DNA of 64,000 nt from Kudoa neothunni (lineage: Eukaryota; Animalia; Cnidaria), in NCBI GenBank assembly GCA_964304625.1, contig OZ199838.1:2643702-2707701 (forward strand), in the 5' to 3' direction. Of this stretch, positions 1 through 11,174 are shown one piece after another. Positions within the stretch are counted from its first letter, which is position 1. Every line of letters starts with the position of its first letter. A program made the position numbers and the translations under genes. The notes beneath the pieces are model-generated. The model was not told the origin of the DNA, did not search any database, and saw only the letters and a list, made by a program, of their open reading frames with translations.

Positions 1-438
1 GTGGCGCATAATAATATAGGTTAACAGTAATATATGCCGCTCGGCAAGTTATTGAAGTTAAAAAATCAAAATAATTGCAGAAAAATGTTATTATTTTTGA
101 ATTGGCGTTTATTATAAACAGATTAATCCTACCGTAATCAATGAAATTACGCCACTAAAAACTAATTCAATAATTCGTACAAAAAGCCTTGGTGAAATGA
201 GCCATCAGATTTATATTTCATTAATGGCAAATTACTAAATAAGTCTGAAATATTTTATGCTACGTTTTGTTATATTTACGCAGATAATTGGAAAATCGAT
301 TAAACGTTTAATTTATTCACACGACGTTTAGGTTTTTCCACAACAGGTTCTAAAAAATGAAAAATTGATATAGAGTAATTTTTGTATTATTAATATTTGA
401 TTGAAACGTATTTATTTGTTTGTTTATAATGATCTAAA

Positions 439-2594
439 CTGGGGATCGGCAACCTGAGTAGGTTGCCGGGCCTGATTGTCATGCCAAACTAGAAGACCGG
501 TCAGAATTTATATAAATCCTTTAGATGTAATGAATCTTTCTCGATACAATTGAAAATTAGCTAGGCAAATTTATATTTGATCTTTAAAATCATACATTTT
601 CATTGCATTGCTAGAAAAAAATAACGAACGCTTTGCATAATTTTAGAAGGGAATAGTTGGTTTTATACAATTATTCTTTCAAAATTTACCTATTTTATTT
701 GACAGTGGCTATTCTCATGGAAACGGACAACTCCTCCGTTATAAAAGATATTTCAAATCAGATTTCTTTCTTGAATTTAACAATTTTTAATTTTATTTTT
801 AATGTGAAAAATATTGGAAAATTTAAAGAATAGAAATTCGATATTTTACCTGTCCTATTTACACTGTTCAATAAGTAAACTCACATTTTTAAACCTAATA
901 TTGTGTAACGTAAACATTTTAGTTGAGATGAAAAGTAAACAAATTTACTAATAAATAGAAACTGTTCTGTTCGTGCATTTTTGTATCACCCACCATGTCT
1001 GAATATGGGCGTGAAACCTAATTGATTATGGGGTGTTCTATTTCGTGAGAATATTTCAAAGTTTTAACCAAATTTGAAATAACTAAAATCTGTAGAACAA
1101 TTTTTTATATTACATTCAGTTGGAGAAGAGAAATTTAATCTTTCGTAGGATATAAAATACCAATTGCATGGAATAAGTCTGGAAAGTGGTATCATTATTG
1201 CTTCATATGAAGCGCTTTCAAATTGATCTGCTCAAACCTATACCTTGTATTAAATAATATTATTTTACTGTTAAAATTTCGAATGTGATTATTTTGGAGA
1301 AATTTTTTTGGGCGCACAGCCAAACAACCATGGCGTGGCTAGTGGGTAAGTTGATCAATTCTTCATTGGGGTGAAAATTGATTTTTTTGAAGTATTAAGA
1401 TTACACATTCCTCATTATCAGGAAGTAAATGTTTGCAATCTTTAAATGAAATTTATCAGAACAGTTCAAACTGCTCAAGGGCGAATTAACCGTTATTTTA
1501 ACTCCATCATTGTTTATTATAATATTTACTACATTCTTTCGTTGGCTCGTTTTACAAAAGTCAAAGTAAAGATACCCCAAAAATTTTCATTTTATAAATT
1601 TACCCATTGAAACACTACCAGAGGAATTAATGCAGAAAATTTAGAATCACCCCGCTTGTTAAAAATTGATAAATGAGTTTAAATTAGGAAGTATAGGTTT
1701 ACATTTAAATTAAAACTCATAGGTTTTGTATTCATGAACAGGCACCATAAAAACCTTTATCGTACTTTCGATTAAAGTAAATATATTTGTAGGGGCAAAA
1801 CAACGAAAATCCCTCGAAATTATGGTACAACCTTATAAATACATATAAAAAGTGGTTAAAACCGATGTAAAATAGTTCGAATCCAATTAATATCCATTTA
1901 CTAACGACAGTTTTGTTAAATTTATATTAAAAAATGTTCAGATAAAAGCGTATATGTTCACATTTTATTTAAATTATAATATTTGTATTACATAATATTA
2001 GGCTCAAAAACGTGAGTGTACTACTGGTGAACAGTGTAAATAGGGCAGACAACGTGTTGAATTTTTCTTCTTTAAATTTTAAACAATTTTTACAACAAAA
2101 ATTAGATTAAAAATAGCTAAATTCAAAAAAGAAATCTGATTTGAAATATCTTTCTTTTATAACGGAGGAGTTATTCATTTCCATGAGAATAGTCACCGCC
2201 ATTTTATTTATATTGGATTTAAGATTTCATATAATTAAATGATGATTCAAAATCGTTAAGAACAATAATTAAAAGTTTCCACTCATCAAAATAAGACTTA
2301 TATCATACAACAAGTGAAACTAAGTAAAAAATCTGATCAGGGGAATATTTCGAGATTTATTTTGGTTTTACAAATGTATATTTAGAAAACAGGAGATAAC
2401 ATTTAATTAACTTCGTTAATATTGCTATTAAGCGTCCTTATGCGATGAAAGGATCGGTTATGAAAATAAAGGAAATGATACAATTTCTGTCTAATAAGAA
2501 AACAATTTAACTTTATTATTGACACCCTCGCGGACTGGATGAAGAAAGCTCCCGGACAAAATTTTGTCCGCAGGCCGGTTGTTGTCCACCCCTG
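439..2594. mobile_element. Degenerate non-autonomous hAT-type element (outer), containing a nested Tc1-like relic
   Basis: Left end CTGGGGATCGGCAACC..GCCGGGCC; right end reverse-complements to CAGGGGTGGACAACAACCGGCCTGCGG. Both resemble hAT/Charlie-type CAGGGGT..CAAC termini. No clean TSD, so pairing of the two ends is tentative. Confidence 0.45.
703..2198 (-). mobile_element. Tc1/mariner relic with ~210-bp terminal inverted repeats
   Basis: 703-~918 (CAGTGGCTATTCTCATGGAAA..CTCCTCCGTTATAAAAG..GATATTTCAAATCAGATTTCTTT) is an imperfect inverted repeat of ~1978-2198. Minus-strand remnants resemble Tc1 motifs: HGCLAV (~1310-1335), FEIF (~1050), RHGG (~990). Confidence 0.75.
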
Positions 2595-2880
2595 GTATAA
2601 CCGATTCTAAAAGTATTAACCGCATATATCCCCTATAAATAGGAGCCGTTTGAATAAATAATTGTCCTCACGCAGACGTACACTCAAATTAAGATTAAAT
2701 TTATTCCCCGGAGAACATTAAGACAAAAAAGCGTCATACTTTGGATTTGAATTAGAAGGACAGGCAAAAAATAATTCATTTTAAAAAATATTGTTAAATA
2801 TTCATTTCATTTAATCCTTACCTGGAACTAAAATTTAACTATGAAATTTGAATATTTTTATCAATTACCATAATTAATAA

Positions 2881-3830
2881 TTATACGCTAGTTTTAATTT
2901 CTAATATTTAATTCTGATGTTAGTAAACTTTAAATTATGTGAAAGAATGCAGATTGATGAAAAATTACGCATTGAAAGTTTCTCCATCACCACATGTATC
3001 ATATTTTCAGCCTGCGTGTAGTCGGCCATGTGATAGTAAAGTTTTGATGAGGAAGCAATTTTCTCCATGACTACTGTGTTAGCATATTTTCCAATCGCGA
3101 TAGATACAATGAAAATTCTGCTGGCAGTAAGATTTTTTGCAATTTTTATCAATAAGTCGTAATGTCCACAATTTTCCACTTGATGACTGACCACAATAAG
3201 TACCTATAGGAATAAAAGGATGAGCACAGAGATAACAACACTAGGCTAAGAGAAAGAACTGAAAGATATTCAAAAGTTGTCCAAATGATTGTTAATCCCA
3301 GAATAAATTGTAAATACTTTTGTTCTTTGAGATTTTTTCATACGTTTGAAAATCTGATAAGCTTGCCCAACTCCTCCAGCAAGACATGATTTTTTGGCTA
3401 TACCACAAGAAAAACTAATAGATAGTGAAATTGCATTTAATATTACATTTAGAAAAATTGATTTTATCGGTGATCAATTTCACTGCTAGATCTCTAGATG
3501 TTGCAGCTGTATCATTGAAATTCCATAGTATAGTGGGCATGTCGGAATAGAACACAAACCCGGTTCTGCTGTTACTGCCGGTCTCCAAGACTTTTTCTAC
3601 CATTGAAATGAGCATAGAGTTTAAGCGATGTTTATAAACATCTGGCATAGCGCAATCATCTACTACTAACAGTACATCCATTGAGTTTAGAATGCTGCAT
3701 TCGATTCGCGAGAGTTTGCTACAATACGAGTGGTTAGTGATTATTAATTAAACATATGCTTAATTATCTTGAACTACACTCACCATATAACACAAATCAG
3801 AATCAACTTTAGATATCTATTTCTATACAT
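2881..3830 (-). CDS. Secreted single von Willebrand A (vWA) domain protein, 5 exons
   Basis: Spliced model: MYRNRYLKLILICVIC|KLSRIECSILNSMDVLLVVDDC...RTGFVFYSD...KINFSKS|KKSCLAGGVGQAYQIF...RTK|VLIVVSHQVENCG...IFIVSIAIG...KLSMQ|IKTSV*. All introns are GT-AG and in phase. Hydrophobic N-terminus; vWA beta/alpha pattern. Confidence 0.75.
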
Positions 3831-4224
3831 TACTATTCTTCAATGTATTTTTTATGTAAAATTAAAAAGTATTTATTTTTTTCTAAATTAGTACGAACAG
3901 TGTTTGGATGCTGTAATGTGTCAAAATTGTCCATAGATATTACACCATTAATTCTTTTGCCACCTTAAATATTGATAAAAATATGCTTTCCTAGGTTATA
4001 GCTTTTGATTGAGAAATAGAATAAAGAGAGTAAATTCAAATAAAACAAAATTTGATGCATCATATTATAATCGTTAAAAGAATCGTATTGAAACAAGGCC
4101 AAACCAAATATTGTTTATTTGTGTTGTTGACCGGAGAAGTGACTATCGCACCGAGAAAATTAAAATTGTTTACAAGAAACCAATAACAAATGATATCGAA
4201 ATGTTTTAATTTTGAATAGTGGAA

Positions 4225-7200
4225 TTAAGGCTGAGAACTACCACTGCGGAAAGCAGAATCGATAACATTCGGTTTTGAAGTTTCCACACAAACCCAGCCA
4301 TCAAGATTATTTCTATTGTTCGTCGAGTTGGTCGATAATGCTCTAATTTGAGTTTCTAATTTTGTCAATTATTTAAACAATAGATGATTAATTAGACACT
4401 TTTATCATCCCTTAATGTGGAGTTATTTGAGTTTCGATGTTGAATAGTACGAGATGGGGGCATATAATTGTGAATGTTTTTTTCGGTTTCTTCATCAAAC
4501 AGATCCTCTGGCGGTTCAGGAAATGATACCATTTCTGAGGAAGAGTCGGTGGAAGATTCTGTAGATATACTATTGGACTGAGAAAGTTTGTCTTCCTCGT
4601 CTGGTGCTGTATTTGATATCAATTTCATGATACCCTGTTCTTGCGCGCTTGATTTTATTATTTTGAATTTGAGCGTGGGTTCACAAGCTTTGATTTTACT
4701 AACGACTTCCGCCACACTGAGTCCACTCAATGGCCAATCATTCACTGATACAAGTTGGTCACCAAGATGAAATTTTTCACTCTAGGATCAAATCTCAAAA
4801 CACAAATTACAAACAAATAACAACTTGATCAGCTAATAATCCTTTCACAATCGACTTTATGAATATGGAACTGCTTTTCGATGGTGATGATTCGTCTTGC
4901 ACTGCCACAATATGGATTCCTAGTGATTGATCGGGGGGTTTGTTGAGTTGGAAAATGTTTACTTTACTGTTTTCAACTTCTGAATCTTTAATCTTTTTAA
5001 TATTTTCATTGTCTAAAAACAATAAGAAATAAATTATTAATTAAGTAGCTACTTTTTAACACATTGCGTTCGAATCGACTTTCCCAATTGGATTTTGGAT
5101 CACTGTTTATCACAAGCACCGTTATACCTATTTGTATTTATCTCATGAATTCTATTTGTATAAGCACCTTCTAGGATGAGAGGTTGTAAAAAATTCCTAA
5201 TACAGACGGTGATATTTTCGTTGTTATGACTATAATAGTCATCATCTGCTATCAAAAGAATTTGGCTATTATTGTTGGGGTTTAATGAGCCATTGTTAAC
5301 AAGATTATATTTGTTTAGAATTTGGTTAATCAGTTCTATAACACTATAAAAAGAGCTAATAATTTCGTTGATACTGGTAGGATTATTAGGGTTTGTCAAG
5401 AGAAATTTGAAAAGACTCTTTACGTAGGCAGGCGGAACAAATTTTAATTCCTCCAAAATATTTTCCATATTATTGGCATCGACGCACTCAAGTATATGTA
5501 ACAGCTGGAATAAATTTATTGATCTCATATAACAAAAAAAATTAACAGAAAGACCTCGTATGAACTTTGAAATTGATCATCAAACGCTTCTTCTAAACCT
5601 TGGGCTTCAGCCCAGATTCTGAAATAAGCCAACTTCAAATTAATCACACGGCACATTTGTTGGATTGAGGTTGTAGTGTAGTCGACAACAGCACTTGAAA
5701 ATAGGTGGTGATTGTTGTGAGTGCCAGGCAATAGGTCATTTGTCAAATCAACACCACACAAATGAGCAACCAACCATTCATTGCAATAATGGAAAATCTT
5801 TTGAAAAATCTGCACCGTAAAAGATATGTTCAGTTTCATATAGTAAAATAAACTGATCCACGAATTCAATGATACAAAAATATCACTAATAGTGGGATTT
5901 CGTTTGGATAACCGTAAAAAGCTTCCTATCATAAATGCTAAATTTTCAATGTGAAATCAACAAAAACTGGAACCAATGTTAAAAGCTTACATGCTTTATT
6001 GTGATAGCTATGCACACTGAAGTCGACGTCACTGTAGATCAGTTGATCGATTTCAGTTTCACTAAAGCCGTGTCCATTGTTTACATCCAACAGGGTGGTT
6101 AATATATAGTCGAGTTCTTGTTGTAGAATCATGTTGATGTTTCTAGTTAATAATTCCACAATTAAAAAATAAATAATATTTTTATTGTTAATAAATTATT
6201 TGATTAATGTTTAAATTAACCAATTGTTTGAACTATATTCCACAATATAATATTGTTTATTTATTATTTAATTTATTAATTGCGTAGAATTTTTGTTAAA
6301 TTGATATATTGTTTATAAATCATCTAATTAATTGATTAGATTGTATTATTGATATAATTGAACAATTTGAATAATAGATTAAAGGCTTAATCACTATGGA
6401 AAGATGAAGCAACATGCAATGGTAATAATAAGAATAATAACCGTATCATTTCCTTGATAGAATCTTCGATGGTTGAAATTAGCACCTTGGGTATAGTGCG
6501 TTGTAGGAAGTAGTCATTGGTGATAAGGTGATACAGTTGGGAGGTGTTTGAGAGCCAGAAAACCATTCTAATAAAATCATCCGAGCTTTTCTAATTTTCA
6601 AACGAGAATTAATATGCGAATCCGCCAACTAATAACTCACTTTAAAGATATGAAATAGCTCGTGTATTGCGTATGTAATATCACCAACAAATTGTTGATA
6701 AGTGGGATTCGGATGGCATTCACCTTGACTATCAGCACAGATTGGATTCAAATGTTCGTACAACGAACAGAATGTCATGTAGATAACAAAAGACGGCTCC
6801 AACTTATAGTCACAGGATTTTGGCTCCGCATTAGTGATAGATGATTCCACTACACGTTTAAATTTGCCAAAAATATATCTATGGCCGAGTGGTAATGGTG
6901 GGAATTTTTCCAACCCCAGCGATTGTAATATGGTTTTAAGATTTTTCGATTTGGCTAGTTGATTGAAATGTTGTTTCATCTAAATGAGCGAAATAATTAA
7001 CGGAGAGACAGACTGAGAGGAAAGCTAAATCAATCGTTAATTGAGATGAGGTGGCAACGTTCAATGACGCTTGCACTTTGAACTCTCATGAGATAAACGT
7101 ATTATGATGAAAAAGTGATGTGAGAATTACCGTGTCTTTATCGGTAGCTGAACTACACAAATAAACTGTTAGTATAAGTGGAATATTGCCGTAGTTACTT

Positions 7201-9524
7201 TTCTACAGCGGCATTCTTGATATTGTTTTCACTTCTATTGCTAAACGTTGGAATGATCGAGTTGTAGTCATATTTGGTATCGGCATTGGGATTGTAGAAA
7301 TGAGGATGATTTATTGTGATATCATAGCAATAGTTGTTACCTATAGTAAGTCGAGCGCTCTCATGGACAATGATCTTATCGTAGATTCTTTCATCGTTGA
7401 TTCTCACGTCAGCATCCAAAACGCATGGAACAAGAGTCAACACATTGTCCAGTGTAGACACAATACAATGTATAGGTAGAATAGTCGAGCCGTTGTGTTG
7501 AGGAAATAATACAATCTTGGTTGGATTCTGACCCAAATATATTCTCTCTTTCATCAACTTTTTATTGGTTCCAAAGATAGCGATGTCTTTCTCCAGAAAA
7601 ATACATGTGGGTATATCTTTGATGTGGTAAGGAATATCTCGATCGGATGAACTACACAATCGCATAACCACATTATAGCTGTTGGTTGGAGGTTTGGGTT
7701 TGGTTATGGAACCAAAACCAGTTGGTGGTGTGAGTGTGGAATTGTATTTTTCAATATCAACACTTTTAACCGACTCCATTTTCACTGTTTTTCTTATGTG
7801 AAACATAATGGTTTGGTATTTGTACTGCAATTGATGATAGAATTCTAATGGTTTTACGTTGGCCGGCAATACGTATTCTTGGGTATCACGTCGAAAGCTC
7901 TTCAAATTAGAATTCGGATGGCTGTTATTGGTTATCACCACCACAACCATGTGACATTCATCTGCATTTGCTACCATTCCAGACAACGCAAACTTGCCGA
8001 GCGCCTCGTTTATTACATTTTGTACCGTGTCCTCCGCGGAAACTATCACTGTCTTGTAGGGCGCCTCTGGAAACAAGCTTGTGGCAAAAACTTTAATTGT
8101 GCCAATTGAGGGCTGATTTCTCGAGGCCGCATCACCAATTTTTTTCTTCGACAATACTAGTTTTTTGTTCACCATCTTTTGACGTTGTCTTTCGATCACT
8201 TTGTTTCTATCGGAAATAGTTCTAGTGAATGCGCTGTCGGATATCAGCATAAATGGTGGCAGTTTGGTGTCTGTTATTTGAATAAATAAAAGTTAGTTTA
8301 ATAGTTAATCAAAAAAATATTAAATGGATTAGTTATCAAGTTAATTAATACTTTTGGCTGGGTTATAATTATTCGTCGCCAATTTATTGTTGGAACCAAT
8401 ACCCACAAATTTGGTGTAATTGTTCGCTTGGCATAGAAAAAACTTTCCCTCTCTACCATCGTCACACCATCCTAGTTGAATTTCGAGCGGTCTATCCTTT
8501 GGTTCAAGCTTTTTGTATTCTTAATATAAATATTAATTCAAATTTTATTTTATTCAATTCATTTTATTATCCATTCTATAAAATATTTAAAGAATTATTG
8601 GGGTCAATTAAATCTCCTTATGCAGGTTGGAGTATAGTCAATAATGTAATGGTTGGGTAATAGCAATAAATTATATTAAAATCTAAGAATAAAATATGTG
8701 AAAACTATAATAAAAGTTTATGGAGATTTAAAAAATTGTTACGCATACTCAGGCTGTGCTTAAGGTTAAATTTAATTCTTAACTGATAATAACGGTGGAA
8801 ATTTAAAATTGCATCCACATGTAAACCATCTTAATCTAAAGTATGTTAAAAAATTGTTTTATGGATGCAACTCGTTAGAAGATATTTTTAAATATATATA
8901 TATATATATATATATATTTCTAATGTGTAGTAATTAAGAGTGAAAATATAATATTTGCTAATAGCTGTACTCTGGAAATCCTATGGGATTTAATATTATA
9001 TTTGTTTATGATTTTTTATCAGGATAACTAATTCTTATTAGATATATATATTATAATATTTATAATTCATTAATTAAAAATTCAAGGATAATTAACCGAT
9101 TATTAATATATAAATAGACTTAATCGTGTTTTGATAGCACACTTTCGCCAATTAAAACACAATTACCTCCATTGTCATGTGTTTCTATAAGATAATAATG
9201 ATGTGGGGATTTTATTTGAAGTTTTTCAATTGAAATAGCTATAACTTCTTGAGTGATTGTCACACTGGAAACTCGACAACACTTGCTTATGGTATTTAGA
9301 TGGTCATCCTGATAATATATCCTAATTATCCCATAATATTCCAGATTCTAAATATTATTGGGGGTAACGTGACCACTCAATTTTGAAAATACGTCGTTCG
9401 GTGAGGTTAAGTGATATAGTGCTAATCTCTCATTGTTCCACGTTTGTATCAATTTTTCCAATTCTTTCTTTTTTAATGATTTCGTCGATCGAGTTTTTAA
9501 TCTTTGTTCTCCGATCACATCCAT
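4225..9524 (-). CDS. AFDN: Afadin/canoe orthologue (RA-RA-FHA-DIL-PDZ), C-terminally shortened
   Basis: N-terminal LEKLIQTWNNERLALYHLTSPND|NLEYYGIIRIYYQD..KCCRVSS and PLEIQLGWCDDGREGKFFL match afadin RA1. Also FTRTISD, RA2 (GTIKVF..PYKTV), FHA (ILPIHC), DIL (FWLSN) and PDZ (SLGIHIVA, IFIKSIVKGLLAD, GDQLVSVN). Exons join in frame through GT-AG introns; stop TAA at 4225-4227. Confidence 0.9.
8893..8916. repeat. (TA)n microsatellite in afadin intron
   Basis: Direct reading of a TA dinucleotide run. Confidence 0.9.
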
Positions 9525-11174
9525 TTTCAAACCAACCACACAATAGACCAAAGCCTCGCCTAAATTCAACCTATCGTTCTCTCACATACACTTACGTTTA
9601 TGATTACCTTCTTATACTATACTGTCGATCTTTTTTTTCAAAAGCGTATTATCGATATTACACTGTAATCAACTTTCTCACAACAACACCAGTTAAAATG
9701 TAAAAGCTAAAAGCAACTTCCGAAAGCAAATTTCACTATCGGTTGTTTCCTTGTGGGATTTGTAACAAATATATTGAGGGAAATTAATATGTGTTGAGAA
9801 CTAGTATCCTAGCAACGGATTAGTTTTTTTACTAAGACACACAAAACCAATAAACTGCCATTAGTTACTTTACATGCATCACTGAGCACACAAAATGATA
9901 TTAACTAACGATAAGATTGTTATCATCTTTACAGTTAGGCAACACAATCAATGAACAAAAGTTTCTACTACCATCTTTTCGCATCAGCGATTATTGCATA
10001 AGATGACTGGGAGTGAAATATGTAATCATATTCCTATTTTTGCAGTTAATATTAATCAAAAATATTCTCAATATTCAAGATAATTTTTTATTCGTAACCA
10101 ATTATATTCATGCTAATATAAGAGTGTCATTTTAACAAATTTATTTGAGTTCAAAGTGCATTAGGCATTATTTTCGGACAAAATGTGACAAAACTTCCTT
10201 TCAAACTTGGAAATAAATTTTTATTGAGGAACTTGATAATGAAAATAATTTTTTGAGGCAATTATCTCTTCGTATGGATTATAAATACTAATTATTACAA
10301 TGAATATTATAAAAATATATTTTTGTTTAGGAAATGGTTATTGGTATGGTGAACAATGTTCAGGCGTCATTAGTTTTGACTCCATATAATTATTCCTAAT
10401 CCCAAAGAGCGAATCTATGAGTTGGAAATAATTGAATATAAATTCTGTTTTTGATTAAAATTTACCGTATTAATAGTCTCTGTCTTAATAATAAAATCAG
10501 TATAAACCTTTAAAGTAGAGGTGAATTTGAAAAAAACGGTTCAATTGCAAACCCCTTAGTTAGAGGATTAGTAATCTTAATGTGGATCAAACTTTATCCA
10601 TATATATTTAAATTTATCTTAATGGAAAATTCCAAAACAGTTTTGAAGAAATTTTATGGTTTGTTATGTTATAGACCGAACCCCACGAGAAATTTTCAGT
10701 GATTTTTATCACAACTCTAACTTGGAATAAAAATGACGAATAAATTGATGTTGTAGTCACGACCAATTTTTGGGAGAAACAGAGAGGTGTTATATTTTCC
10801 ATTTGAATAATAAGAAGTTTTATTACAGATAATAAATAGGTTGCATTTGTTACTGATAGCGAACCTCGACAACGTAAGGATTGGTTGGAGCCCCTTATCT
10901 AATCATATAAACCAGTGCCGTGGTTGAAAAATGAAAAATTTTGTTTTAATTATGGAAAAGAATAGCAGCTGAAGTTTCTTAGCAGGGTCATTGCAATAAC
11001 CTTCATATAGTTATTTTAGGGATATTTGTTTCGTTAGAGACCCATAGATTAGGGCAAAAATTAATATAGATAAATGGATCATTATTTAAGAGAAGTGCGA
11101 TCTACATTAAATCGCCAAAACATCAAACAGATCCAATTCTATTTCGTTTCTAAATAGAATTTTCTAAATTAAAA

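Noticed and set aside
4588-9703. Plus-strand ORFs (4588, 6662, 7879, 9383) and similar antisense ORFs over other genes
   Set aside because: Shadow frames opposite real exons, with no recognisable motifs.
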